Source: Trueperaceae bacterium
GTDB taxonomy: Bacteria; Deinococcota; Deinococci; Deinococcales; Trueperaceae
Direction of reading: 5' to 3'
Length of the DNA stretch: 64,000 nt
Assembly: GCA_034521815.1 (NCBI GenBank)
Contig: JAXHLW010000013.1
Span: 256,001-320,000, forward strand
Position numbers and translations under genes: made by a program. Of the stretch, positions 41,840 to 51,123 are shown piece after piece. The notes beneath the pieces were generated by a model that saw nothing but the letters and a program-made list of their open reading frames with translations, was not told the DNA's origin and did not search any database. The number at the start of each line of letters is the position of its first letter. Positions within the stretch are counted from its first letter, which is position 1.

Positions 41840-42880
41840 GTGCAGCGGACCGCCGTTCGGGCCGTACCGGCCCCGTCGCCACGCTGGACGGTTCGCACCG
41901 CGTCCGCCGTGGGGCTGGCCGCGGTGGTCGTGGCGGCGCTCGCCGTCGGGTCCGTCGCCATCACGCCCGGCGAGGTGGTCGGCGCCATCGCGCGCGGTCT
42001 GCAGGGACGTCTGGACGGAGCGATGGACGTGATCGTCTGGCAGGTGCGGGTTCCGCGGGTGCTGCTGGCCGCGGCGACGGGCGCGGCGCTGGCGCTTGCC
42101 GGAACCGCCTACCAGGCGGTGTTCCGCAACCCGCTCGCCGATCCGTACCTGCTGGGGGCGGCCTCCGGTGCGGGCTTCGGCGCCGCGCTCGCCCTGGTCC
42201 ACGGCGCGACCTGGGCGTGGCTGGGGCTCCTCGGCGTCGGGGGGGCCGCGTTCCTCGTCGCCGTGACCACCGTGGTCGTGGTGGTGCTTCTCGCTCGGCG
42301 CCGGGGCCGGCTTCCCATCGTGTCGCTGATCCTCGCCGGCGTGGTGCTGGGCTCCAGCCTGTCGGCCGCGACGAGCTTCGTGATGCTCGCCGACCGGGAG
42401 CGAACGGCCGGTGTGCTGGCCTGGCTGCTGGGCAGCTTCGCGTTCGCGGGCTGGCGTGACGTCGCGATCCTGGCGGCATGCCTGGTCCCCGCCGTGCCCG
42501 CCGCGCTGGCCGCACGCCGGGCGTTCGATCTGCTTCTGGTGGGCGAGACGTCGGCGCGGCAGCTGGGCCTGCCGGTCGAGCGCTTCAAGTGGACGGTCGT
42601 GCTCGGCGCGACGCTGCTGACGGCCGCCGCCGTGTCGGTCGCGGGCGTGATCGGCTTCGTGGGCCTGATCGTGCCGCATGCGGTGCGCCTCGCCGTCGGT
42701 CCGGAGCACCGCGAGCTGGTCCCGCTGTCGGTGCTCTGGGGTGCGGCCTTTCTGGTCGGGGCCGATCTGGTCGCCCGTACGGTCCTGTCACCCGCCGAGC
42801 TGCCGGTCGGGATCGTGACCGCGCTGGTCGGCGGACCGTTCTTCTTGGTGCTGCTCCGTCGCGGACGGGAGGCGTGGTGA
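41840..42880 (+). CDS. btuC: Cobalamin ABC transporter permease (FecCD family)
   Basis: RVPRVL, FRNPLADPYLLG, WLLGS, G.IGFVGLIVPH, ELPVG..TAL.GGPFF. Confidence 0.9.
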   Translation: MQRTAVRAVPAPSPRWTVRTASAVGLAAVVVAALAVGSVAITPGEVVGAIARGLQGRLDGAMDVIVWQVRVPRVLLAAATGAALALAGTAYQAVFRNPLADPYLLGAASGAGFGAALALVHGATWAWLGLLGVGGAAFLVAVTTVVVVVLLARRRGRLPIVSLILAGVVLGSSLSAATSFVMLADRERTAGVLAWLLGSFAFAGWRDVAILAACLVPAVPAALAARRAFDLLLVGETSARQLGLPVERFKWTVVLGATLLTAAAVSVAGVIGFVGLIVPHAVRLAVGPEHRELVPLSVLWGAAFLVGADLVARTVLSPAELPVGIVTALVGGPFFLVLLRRGREAW

Positions 42881-43635
42881 GCCTCGTCGTTCAGGGCGTC
42901 GGCTTCTCGTACGAGGCCGGACCGGAGGTGATCCGCGGCCTGGACGTCGCGTTCCAGCCCGGCGAGCTGGTCGGGCTGATCGGGCCGAACGGAGCGGGGA
43001 AGTCGACGCTGGTGGGGCTGGCGTCCGGCGTGCTCAGGCCCCGCCATGGAACCGTCGAGCTGGACGGACGGCCGCTGCGCCGCTTCGGAAGGCGCGAGCT
43101 GGCCCGCCGGCTTGGCGTCGTGCCGCAAGTGCCGGAGCTGCCCTCCGGCTTCTCGGCCCGCTCCGTCGTGGCGATGGGTCGCGCGCCGCACGTGGGGTTC
43201 TTCGCCAGCGAGGGACCGCAGGATCGCGCGGTGATCGAGGCCTCGATGCGCCGGGTCGACGCCTGGCGCTTCCGTGACCAGCCGGTGGGGTCGCTGTCGG
43301 GCGGCGAGCGACAGCGCGTGGTGTTGGCGCGCGCGTTGGCGCAGCAGCCGGACTGGCTCCTCCTCGACGAGCCCACCGCGCACCTGGATCTTCGCTACCA
43401 AGCGGAGCTGATGCGCCACGCGGCCCGTCTGGCGGGCGAGGGCCTCGGGGTCGTCGCCGTGCTCCACGACTTGAATCAGGCGGCCCGCTGCGACCGGGTG
43501 CTGCTCTTGGACCGTGGTCGGATCGTCGCCGACGGCACGCCGGAAGAGGTGTTGCGCGCGCCGTTGCTCGAACGGTCGTTCGGAACGCGGGTCCGCGTGC
43601 AGCCGGGCGATCGGCCGGTCGTCACCGCCGAGTGA
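42877..43635 (+). CDS. btuD: Cobalamin ABC transporter ATP-binding protein
   Basis: GPNGAGKST, MGR.PH, LSGGERQR, LDEPTAHLD, HDLN. Confidence 0.88.
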   Translation: MSLVVQGVGFSYEAGPEVIRGLDVAFQPGELVGLIGPNGAGKSTLVGLASGVLRPRHGTVELDGRPLRRFGRRELARRLGVVPQVPELPSGFSARSVVAMGRAPHVGFFASEGPQDRAVIEASMRRVDAWRFRDQPVGSLSGGERQRVVLARALAQQPDWLLLDEPTAHLDLRYQAELMRHAARLAGEGLGVVAVLHDLNQAARCDRVLLLDRGRIVADGTPEEVLRAPLLERSFGTRVRVQPGDRPVVTAE

Positions 43636-43660
43636 CGACCCCCGAGTGACGACGCCCGAG
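43628..43660. repeat. 14-bp tandem duplication spanning the btuD stop
   Basis: ccgagtgacgaccc / ccgagtgacgacgc / ccgag. Confidence 0.7.
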
Positions 43661-43674
43661 CGGCCCTTCGCACG

Positions 43675-44832
43675 TCAGCTCAGACCGCGATCGTCGCTCT
43701 CGGGGTCGAACCGGTCCTGAACGTGGATCGCCCTCCTGTAGAACTCGACCAGCGCCTCGGTCGCCGCCAGCCAGCCGTGCTGCTCCATGTCTTCGCGCGC
43801 CTGGCGCCCCAGCCTTCTGCGCAGCACGTCGTCGGTCAGCAGGCGCCTGAGCTGCTCGGTCAGGTCGCCCAGATCGCCTGGCGTGAACATCAGTCCGTTC
43901 TCGCCGTGTCGGATGACGTCGGGGATCCCGCCGGCCCGCGCGCCGACGGCGGGGACGCCCGAGGCCATCGCCTCCATCGCCACGAACCCCAGCGTCTCGG
44001 TGTCGGAGGGGAATGCGAACACGTCCGCGCTGGCGTAGGCCGAGGCGAGCTCCTCGCCGGACAGGTACCCCGTGAACACCGTCGGCGTCCCTGCGAACCG
44101 CTTCTCGAGCTCCTTTCGAGCCGGTCCCGAGCCCACGAACGCCAACCGCACGTCCCCTAGCTGCGTGATCGGGGCGTACAGCCAGTCCAGCCGCTTCTCG
44201 AACGACAGGCGACCGACGTACAGCATCAGCGGCTTGTCGGGCTCGCCGTCCGAGAGCCGGCTGCGCATCGCCTGGCTCCTGAGAGCCGGCCGGTACAGCT
44301 CGGTGTCCACCGCCTTCGGCCACAGCCGTACCCGCTCGATGCCCAGGCCTTTGGCCGAGTTCACCATCGGCATGCTGGTGCACAGGTTCACGTGCGCCTG
44401 GTTGTGGACGTCACGCAGGAACCGGTCCGAGATCGGGGACAGGAACGGGAGCTTGAGGTGCTTGGCGTACTGCGTGATGTCGGTGTGGTAGCTGGCCAGG
44501 AGAGGAAGCCCGCGCTGACGAGCGACCATCGTGCCCCACAACCCCAAGATCACCGGATTCACGACGTGCACGACGTCGGGACCGAAGCGGTCGAGCTCGC
44601 GCCCGATCCGGGGCCGGGGCAGGCCGAGGAACAGCTCGGGGTACCACGGCCAGAACGGCACGCTGGGCACGCGCACCACCCGGTGCCCGGCAGCCTCGGC
44701 CGGCGGCCGGCCGGGGGCGAAGATCAGCGCCTCGTGGCCGAGCTCGGTCAGCTTCTCGAGGCTTCGAACGACGCGGGTGACCACGCCGTCGATCTTCGGC
44801 AGGAACGTCTCGGTGAAGAGCGCGATACGCAC
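43675..44832 (-). CDS. sqdX: GT4 glycosyltransferase, sulfoquinovosyldiacylglycerol synthase type
   Basis: RIALFTETFLPKIDGVVTR, HVVNP..LG, SYHT, YVGRLS.EK, FPS.TETLG..A.EAMASG; directly downstream of sqdB; AGGAGG RBS. Confidence 0.85.
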   Translation of the reverse strand: MRIALFTETFLPKIDGVVTRVVRSLEKLTELGHEALIFAPGRPPAEAAGHRVVRVPSVPFWPWYPELFLGLPRPRIGRELDRFGPDVVHVVNPVILGLWGTMVARQRGLPLLASYHTDITQYAKHLKLPFLSPISDRFLRDVHNQAHVNLCTSMPMVNSAKGLGIERVRLWPKAVDTELYRPALRSQAMRSRLSDGEPDKPLMLYVGRLSFEKRLDWLYAPITQLGDVRLAFVGSGPARKELEKRFAGTPTVFTGYLSGEELASAYASADVFAFPSDTETLGFVAMEAMASGVPAVGARAGGIPDVIRHGENGLMFTPGDLGDLTEQLRRLLTDDVLRRRLGRQAREDMEQHGWLAATEALVEFYRRAIHVQDRFDPESDDRGLS

Positions 44833-44855
44833 GCGGTCGTCCCTCCTGGAGCGCC

Positions 44856-46052
44856 TCAGTCGTCGCTTGACGGCACGCCGGGCTTCTGGCGGCGCGTCCA
44901 GGTGGCGGTGGCGGGGATCTTGGCGCGGTCGGCGCGGTGGGCGTACTTGCGGGCGACGCTGGTGACCTCTTCGAGCAGGCCGGCTTCGAGGGTGGTGGGC
45001 TCCAGGCCGAGGTCGAGGAACAGGTCGTTCTTGACGTGGAGGTCGTTCTCGCTGTCTTCGTTGCGGGGGTTGTCGACGTGGGCGACGTCGGCGCCGGCGA
45101 TGTCGGCGACGATCTTGGCGAGGTCGCGGACGCGGTGGGTTTCGGTCATCTGGTTGAGGATCTTGACGCGTTCGCCGCGCTCGGGTGGGTTTTCGAGGGC
45201 GAGCTGGATGCAGCGGACGGTGTCTTGGATGTGGATGAAGGCGCGGGTCTGTCCGCCGGTGCCGTGGACGGTGAGGGGGTAGCCGACGGCGGCTTGCATG
45301 AGGAAGCGGTTGAGGACGGTGCCGTAGTCGCCGTCGTAGTCGAAGCGGTTGACGAGGCGTTCGTCCTGGTCGGTCTCGCTCGTGTGGGTGCCCCAGACGA
45401 TGCCTTGGTGGAGGTCGGTGATGCGGAGGTGGTCGTTCTTGGCGTAGTACGCGAAGAACAGCTGGTCTTGGGTCTTGGTCATGTGGTAGATCGACCCGGG
45501 GTTGGCGGGGTAGAGGATCTCTTGGCGGACGGTGGTGCCGTCGTCGGTGGTGACGTCGACGGGGAGGTAGCCTTCGGGGATCTTCATGCCGGCGGTGCCG
45601 TAGCCGTAGACGCCCATGGTGCCGAGGTGGGCGAGGTGGACGTCGAGGCCGGATTCGACGATCGCGGCGAGCACGTTGTGGGTGGCGTTCAAGTTGTTGT
45701 CGACGGTGTAGCGCTTGTGGGCGCTGCTTTTCATGCTGTAGGGCGCGGCGCGTTGTTCGGCGAAGTGGACGATGGCGTCGGGCTTCTCGTCTTGGATGAG
45801 GGTGAGCAGGCGGTGGTAGTTCTTGGCGACGTCGAGGCGTTCGTAGCGGATGTCGCGTCCGGAGACTTCTTTCCACGCCTTCTGGCGGGTGCCCATGTGT
45901 TGGATGGGGGTGAGGCTGCCGGCTTCGAGCTCGTTGTCGATGTTGCGGCGGCTCAGGTTGTCGACGATGGTGACGTCGTGGCCGAGGGCGCTGAGGTGCA
46001 GGCTGGTGGGCCAGCCGCAGAAACCGTCGCCGCCGAGGATGAAGACCTTCAT
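44856..46052 (-). CDS. sqdB: UDP-sulfoquinovose synthase
   Basis: GGDGFCGWPT, HFAEQRAAPYSM, HLGTMGVYG, PGSIYHMTK, DLHQGIVWG, RFDYDGDYGTVLNRF, GGQTRAFIHI.D; GGAGG RBS, ATG 46052. Confidence 0.93.
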   Translation of the reverse strand: MKVFILGGDGFCGWPTSLHLSALGHDVTIVDNLSRRNIDNELEAGSLTPIQHMGTRQKAWKEVSGRDIRYERLDVAKNYHRLLTLIQDEKPDAIVHFAEQRAAPYSMKSSAHKRYTVDNNLNATHNVLAAIVESGLDVHLAHLGTMGVYGYGTAGMKIPEGYLPVDVTTDDGTTVRQEILYPANPGSIYHMTKTQDQLFFAYYAKNDHLRITDLHQGIVWGTHTSETDQDERLVNRFDYDGDYGTVLNRFLMQAAVGYPLTVHGTGGQTRAFIHIQDTVRCIQLALENPPERGERVKILNQMTETHRVRDLAKIVADIAGADVAHVDNPRNEDSENDLHVKNDLFLDLGLEPTTLEAGLLEEVTSVARKYAHRADRAKIPATATWTRRQKPGVPSSDD

Positions 46053-46137
46053 TCGGACCTCCGAGGGAAGTGGAGATGCCGCGAGGACGCGCGCTGCGCC
46101 CGCGGAAACGACCGACTGTACCACCGCTCGACCCGGC

Positions 46138-47370
46138 TCAGGACTCGCCTTTGGGCCCAAGCCGGAACCGTCGCCGCCACGCTCGCAAGCGGCGCTGGAG
46201 CCACCGGCGCCGGTACGGATCGGCCCCCGCCCTCCACTCGCCGCTCTTCACGAACGAGCCGATCACGATCGACGCGATGAAGAACGGATGGAGCACCGCC
46301 CAGGCAGCCAGACCCGGACCCACCAGGTCGTCCCGGTCCAGCTGCCGCGCGCCGATCGCGACGCCGACCACCTCGATCCCGATCTCCGCCAGCCACAGCG
46401 CAGCCACCCACGGCGCCAGCTCCGGCACCGCCGGCGTGACGACGACGGCGGCCGAAAGCGCGACGGACTGGAACCCCAGCAAGGCGATCGAGGCGAGAAA
46501 CCCCGGGTGGTAGTGCATCGGATGGTGGTACCTCGACACCCAGCGCCGACGCTGCAGGTAGAACGCCCGCCAGCTGGACACCGGTTGCGTCAGCACCCGC
46601 GTCTCCGGGCGGCTCGCGAACACGATGCGGCTTCCGGGCAGCCGGCCGAGACGCTGCGTGAGCAGGTCCTCGTCGCCGCTCGGCGCACGACCGGTCGCGC
46701 CGAAGCCGCCGGCGGCCTCGAACGCGTCGCGACGGTACGCCTGGTTGTTGGCGCTCGACGCGAACTTCCAGCCGAACCTCGTGAGCGAGCGCGAGACCAA
46801 CATCAGCGACAGCCAGTCGATCGTCTCGAACCGATGCAGGAACCGATCCACCCCGCCCCGCCGGGTCGTCTCGACATAGCCGACGACCATCGTCACCCCC
46901 GGCGCGAAGTGCGCCACCATCCCCTCGAGCCAGCCGCTCGGGTAGCGACAGTCGGCGTCGCTGGTCACGATGATCTCGCCGCTCGAGGCGTCGATGCCGT
47001 GCCTCACGGCGTTCACTTTGGGGGCCAGCCGGCGGTCCGGCACCTCGACACGCACGCTTCGGATCCGGGGATCGCGAGCGGCCGCGGCCGCGATCACGTC
47101 GGGGGTGCCGTCGCTGGATCGATCGTCGACCACCACGAACTCGGCGTCACCGGGGTAGCTCTGCGCGGACAAGGACGCCAGGGTCGGCGCCAGATCGTGC
47201 TCCTCGTCGTGGGCGGGCACGATCACGCTCACCGAGGGTCGCCGGCTCACCAGGCGCTCCTCGCCGCGGCGGAACAGCCCGACGAACGCGAGGCCCATCA
47301 GTCCCACGTAGGGAAGGGCGAGAGCGTAAAGAACGACGACGAACGCAGCGAGCAAAGCGACGACCTCCAA
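46138..47370 (-). CDS. Membrane GT2 glycosyltransferase
   Basis: N-terminal TM, SVIVPAHDEE, VDDRSSDGT, TSDADC, GDED, QRRRW, C-terminal TMs; TTG start inferred. Confidence 0.85.
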   Translation of the reverse strand: MEVVALLAAFVVVLYALALPYVGLMGLAFVGLFRRGEERLVSRRPSVSVIVPAHDEEHDLAPTLASLSAQSYPGDAEFVVVDDRSSDGTPDVIAAAAARDPRIRSVRVEVPDRRLAPKVNAVRHGIDASSGEIIVTSDADCRYPSGWLEGMVAHFAPGVTMVVGYVETTRRGGVDRFLHRFETIDWLSLMLVSRSLTRFGWKFASSANNQAYRRDAFEAAGGFGATGRAPSGDEDLLTQRLGRLPGSRIVFASRPETRVLTQPVSSWRAFYLQRRRWVSRYHHPMHYHPGFLASIALLGFQSVALSAAVVVTPAVPELAPWVAALWLAEIGIEVVGVAIGARQLDRDDLVGPGLAAWAVLHPFFIASIVIGSFVKSGEWRAGADPYRRRWLQRRLRAWRRRFRLGPKGES

Positions 47371-47426
47371 CGACGCGGCGAACCTACCACGACCCCCTAT
47401 CCGAGGCCGCCGAGGTAGCCTTCGGC

Positions 47427-49757
47427 ATGCCGGCATCCACCCCCCTCCGCGAGGCCGGGCCGCCGGACGGGTACGACAGCTTCCACGGCTGGCTGCGCGA
47501 GCTCGACGAAGGGCAGGGGCGCATCGCCGTCCACGCGTTCGTGCCGCCGCGCGGTGGCGACCCGGCGAGCGAGGTGGCCGGACCGTGGGCCCCGCTGGCC
47601 GCGCGGCTGGGGCTGCGTCCGTGGCGGCACCAGGCCAGCGCCTGGCGTCACCTCGCGGACGGACGGGACGTGGTTCTCGCCACGCCCACCGCGTCGGGCA
47701 AGTCGCTCGTGTATCAGCTGCCGGTGCTGCAGGCGGCCGGCGACGGCCGTACGGCGCTGATGCTGTTCCCGACCAAGGCGCTGGCGGGCGATCAGCTTCG
47801 GTCGCTCCGCTCGCTCGCCGGCGCGCTAGGTCAGGACGCCGTCTCCGACCGGTACACCACGTACGACGGCGACACGCCGCGCGCTGCGCGTCGCGGACGC
47901 CGCGAGCAGGCCGCCGTCGTCGTGACGAACCCGGACATGCTGCACCTCGGCATCCTGCCGTTCCATTCGGGCTGGGCGTCGTTCCTGGCTCGCCTCGACG
48001 TGATCGTGGTCGACGAGCTTCACGCCTACCGCGGGGTGCTCGGCAGCCACGTCGCGAACGTGCTTCGCCGGCTTCTCCGGATCGCGGAGAGCTACGGGGC
48101 CGCGCCCAGGATCGTGGCCGCCAGCGCCACGATCGCGAATCCGGCCCGGCTGTTCGAGGCGTTGACCGGGCGGACCGCTGTCGCGATCGACGTCGATGCG
48201 GCGCCGCACGGCGCGCGGGAGGTGGTGTTCTGGGAGCCACCGGCCCGGAACGGCGACGGGGACAGGCGTCGGAATCCTGTCGCCGAGGCGGCGGATCTCG
48301 CGGTCGCGTTCGCCCGGGCGGAGCTCAAGAGTCTGTTCTTCTGCAACTCGCGACGGGCGGCCGAGCTCCTGGCCCGCTACGCCTCCGCACGGCTGGGCGA
48401 CGCCGAGTCGTGGCGCGTCGACGCGTACCGCGCGGGGTACGACGCCGCCGAGCGACGCCGGATCGAGCACGACTTCGCCGCAGGGAGGATCACGGTGCTC
48501 GCGGCGACGAGCGCGCTGGAGCTCGGCGTCGACGTGGGCGGGGTGGACGCGGTGGTCATGGTCGGCTATCCGGGCTCGTCGATGTCGTTCTGGCAGCGCG
48601 CGGGCCGCGCGGGCCGCAGCGGGGCGCGGGCGCTGACGCTGCTCGTCCCCGGCGACGATCCGCTGGACGACCACTACCTGCGGCATCCAGGGCACATCCT
48701 GGAGGGCGCGGTCGAGGCGGCGGTCGCCGACGGCCACAACGACGTGATCCACGCGGCGCACTTGCCGTGCGCCGCGGCCGAGATCCCGCTGGCCGCTCAC
48801 GAGGCGTGGCTCGCGCCCGGGATCGACCTGGACGGGGTGCCGGGGTTGCATCGCGTTGGCGAGCGTTGGCTCGCCAGCGGCCGTTTCCCGCACCGGCGGG
48901 TGTCGTTGCGGGGCGGCGGCGTGGGGCGCGTTCGTCTGGTCGAGGCCGCCGAAGGCCGCTCGCTGGGAAGCGTGGACGTCGCTCGGGCCGTTCGGGAGCT
49001 GCACGTCGGCGCGGTGCACCTGCACCGGGGCGATCCGTACCTGGTCGTGGAGCTGGACCTGGAGGCGCGGCGCGCGACGCTGCTGCCGCACATCGAGGAT
49101 TGGTACACGCAGGTTCGCGGCGAGACCCGGGTGGAGGTGCTCGAGAACGGCGTCGACGGCGACGTCCGCCTGGCGGCCGAGCTGGGCCTGGAGGCCGGCG
49201 TGTCGGTGGGCCGCGTCCGCGTCGTGCACGAGGTGTCCAGCTACGTGCGCAAGCGCTACCGCACGGGCGCGATCCTGGAGGAGCGCCTCCTGGACCTGCC
49301 GCCCGAGTCGTACGAGACGCAGGCGGCCTGGCTGGCGATGGCGGACGAGGCCCGCTCGGGATCGGTCGCGCCGGAGACGTTCGCCGCGGGGATGCACGCG
49401 CTGGAGCACACCCTGATCGGTCTGCTCCCAGCGTTCGTGCTGTGCGAGCGAGCCGACGTGGGCGGCGTGTCCTACCCGTGGCATCCCGAGCTTGGGCAGC
49501 CCACGCTGTTCGTGTACGACGGCGCCCCGGGCGGCGTGGGCTACGCCGCGGCCGGGGCGAGCGTCGCGCTGCGCTGGCTGGACGCCGCGCGCGAACGGCT
49601 CGAGGCCTGCCCGTGCCGGGCGGGCTGTCCTCGCTGCGTGTTGTCGCCGAAGTGCGGCAACGGCAACCAGTTCCTCGACAAGGCGTCGGCGCAGCGGCTC
49701 GCGGAGGCGTTGCTCGCGCGGCTGGGGCGGAGGCGATCGCTGGTCGCGTCCGCCTGA
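47427..49757 (+). CDS. DEAD/DEAH helicase with DUF1998 C-terminus (MrfA/SftH/Hrq1-like)
   Basis: TPTASGKS, PTKAL..DQ, TNPDMLH, DELH.YRG, SAT, QRAGRAGR, HALEH, YDG.PGG.G, CPC..GC..C..S.KC. Confidence 0.92.
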   Translation: MPASTPLREAGPPDGYDSFHGWLRELDEGQGRIAVHAFVPPRGGDPASEVAGPWAPLAARLGLRPWRHQASAWRHLADGRDVVLATPTASGKSLVYQLPVLQAAGDGRTALMLFPTKALAGDQLRSLRSLAGALGQDAVSDRYTTYDGDTPRAARRGRREQAAVVVTNPDMLHLGILPFHSGWASFLARLDVIVVDELHAYRGVLGSHVANVLRRLLRIAESYGAAPRIVAASATIANPARLFEALTGRTAVAIDVDAAPHGAREVVFWEPPARNGDGDRRRNPVAEAADLAVAFARAELKSLFFCNSRRAAELLARYASARLGDAESWRVDAYRAGYDAAERRRIEHDFAAGRITVLAATSALELGVDVGGVDAVVMVGYPGSSMSFWQRAGRAGRSGARALTLLVPGDDPLDDHYLRHPGHILEGAVEAAVADGHNDVIHAAHLPCAAAEIPLAAHEAWLAPGIDLDGVPGLHRVGERWLASGRFPHRRVSLRGGGVGRVRLVEAAEGRSLGSVDVARAVRELHVGAVHLHRGDPYLVVELDLEARRATLLPHIEDWYTQVRGETRVEVLENGVDGDVRLAAELGLEAGVSVGRVRVVHEVSSYVRKRYRTGAILEERLLDLPPESYETQAAWLAMADEARSGSVAPETFAAGMHALEHTLIGLLPAFVLCERADVGGVSYPWHPELGQPTLFVYDGAPGGVGYAAAGASVALRWLDAARERLEACPCRAGCPRCVLSPKCGNGNQFLDKASAQRLAEALLARLGRRRSLVASA

Positions 49758-49803
49758 GTCGCAGGGGGCGGCGTGAACGATCCGCGTGCTAGACTGCCGC
49801 GCC

Positions 49804-50688
49804 ATGCGCATCGGTTTCGTCACCCGACTTCTCTGGGATCGCTGGGGTCCGTTCTGGAGCCGCCTGCTCCACGCGGCCGGCGCCGAGGTGGTCACGCCCG
49901 ACGCGGAGCGCCTGGAGCGCGCCTCGCACGACCCGCGCCTGGGGGCGGTGTCGGGGCGGGCGTTCCGCGCGGCCGCCGCCGAGGCGATCGCGCTGTCGGG
50001 ATGCGAGCGACTGATCGTGCCCGACCCGAACGTCGGCTACGACGGTGCGAGGGGCAGCGCGCAAGATCCGTTCGTCGCGGACTTCCCGGGAGCCTTGGCG
50101 CAGGCGGTGCCGGGCCTTCCGCCTCTTCTGTCGGTGCCCGCGGACCTGTCGTCGCCCGCGATCGAGAGCTTGGCGATCTCGATCCTGTCGACCGTGTCGC
50201 CGTCGGGCGGGACGGTGCGGCGTGTCTGGCAGACGCATCGCGCCGACCTCAAGACGCCGCGCGCACCGGGCTTGGCGACGGCCAAGCTACCGTCCACGAC
50301 GGTCACGGTCGCTCTCGTGGGGCAGCCGTGGCACCTGGGCGAGCCGCTGCGTGAGCGGCTCGAGAGCCGCGGCGAGCATCTCGTGTCCGCGCACCAGCTG
50401 GATCCGGCAGCGCTTCGCACCGAGGGCTGGCGCGTGGACGAGAGGCTGGCGCCCACCGACGCCGAGGCGCTGGGCGCGGTTCGCCTCTTGGCGCGCCGCC
50501 CCGGCATCGCGCGGCTTCGCATGGTGGTCGATCCCGAGTCCGGCGCCGACGCCTGGCTGGAGCGTCGTGCGCGGAGCCTGGTCCGGCGACCGTTCGAGAC
50601 CGTGGAGCTTCCTGCCGCCGTTCCGTCGAACGACGCCGCGTCCGAGACGGACCGTCCGTCCCCGGACGACGAGGAGCGGACGGCCTGA
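49804..50688 (+). CDS. Hypothetical protein resembling the DUF2229 (CoA-enzyme activase-associated) domain
   Basis: N-terminus RIG..R.L....PFW...L...GAEVV and internal LVGQPW resemble DUF2229; TAGACT -10 upstream. Confidence 0.55.
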   Translation: MRIGFVTRLLWDRWGPFWSRLLHAAGAEVVTPDAERLERASHDPRLGAVSGRAFRAAAAEAIALSGCERLIVPDPNVGYDGARGSAQDPFVADFPGALAQAVPGLPPLLSVPADLSSPAIESLAISILSTVSPSGGTVRRVWQTHRADLKTPRAPGLATAKLPSTTVTVALVGQPWHLGEPLRERLESRGEHLVSAHQLDPAALRTEGWRVDERLAPTDAEALGAVRLLARRPGIARLRMVVDPESGADAWLERRARSLVRRPFETVELPAAVPSNDAASETDRPSPDDEERTA

Positions 50689-50691
50689 GCG

Positions 50692-51009
50692 ATGGGCTGG
50701 CTGCTGCTGATCACGTCGCTGGCGTACGCCGTCGTCTCGACGTTCGGCGCCTGGACGGTGGCGCGCAGGCGGCGGGCGCTGGCGTTCACGTTCATGGCGT
50801 CGGCCGCCCTCCTGACGGTCGGCGGCGTGGCCGCCGCCTATCGCGTGCACGAGAGCTGGGTCCTGCTGGCGGCCGGCTCGGTCATCGCGTCGGCCGCGTC
50901 GTTGTGGACCGCACGCCGGGTGCTGGGCCGCGTCGTCGCCCGCAACCACCTGGCGAGGGCCGTTCTGGGCGTCGCGCTCACGGGGATCGCGGCGGTGTTC
51001 CTGCGCTGA
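50692..51009 (+). CDS. Small 4-TM membrane protein
   Basis: Four hydrophobic segments, starts 3 nt after the upstream stop. Confidence 0.7.
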   Translation: MGWLLLITSLAYAVVSTFGAWTVARRRRALAFTFMASAALLTVGGVAAAYRVHESWVLLAAGSVIASAASLWTARRVLGRVVARNHLARAVLGVALTGIAAVFLR

Positions 51010-51053
51010 GCGCCGCACCGTGTGCATCGACCCGCGGGCGGCTCGCGACGGGG

Positions 51054-51106
51054 CGCGCCCGACACCGCGCCCGGCACCGCGCCCGGCACCGCGCCCGACA
51101 CCGCGC
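51054..51106. repeat. 12-bp tandem repeat, about 4.5 copies, in a convergent intergenic region
   Basis: cgcgcccgacac / cgcgcccggcac x2 / cgcgcccgacac. Confidence 0.85.
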
Positions 51107-51123
51107 GACATCGCGCGCAACAC

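Noticed and set aside
51054-51106. Possible CRISPR-like array in the 12-15-bp repeats here and at 118, 7835, 23375, 31087, 38176
   Set aside because: The units are contiguous with no unique spacers, are too short, and no cas genes are present.
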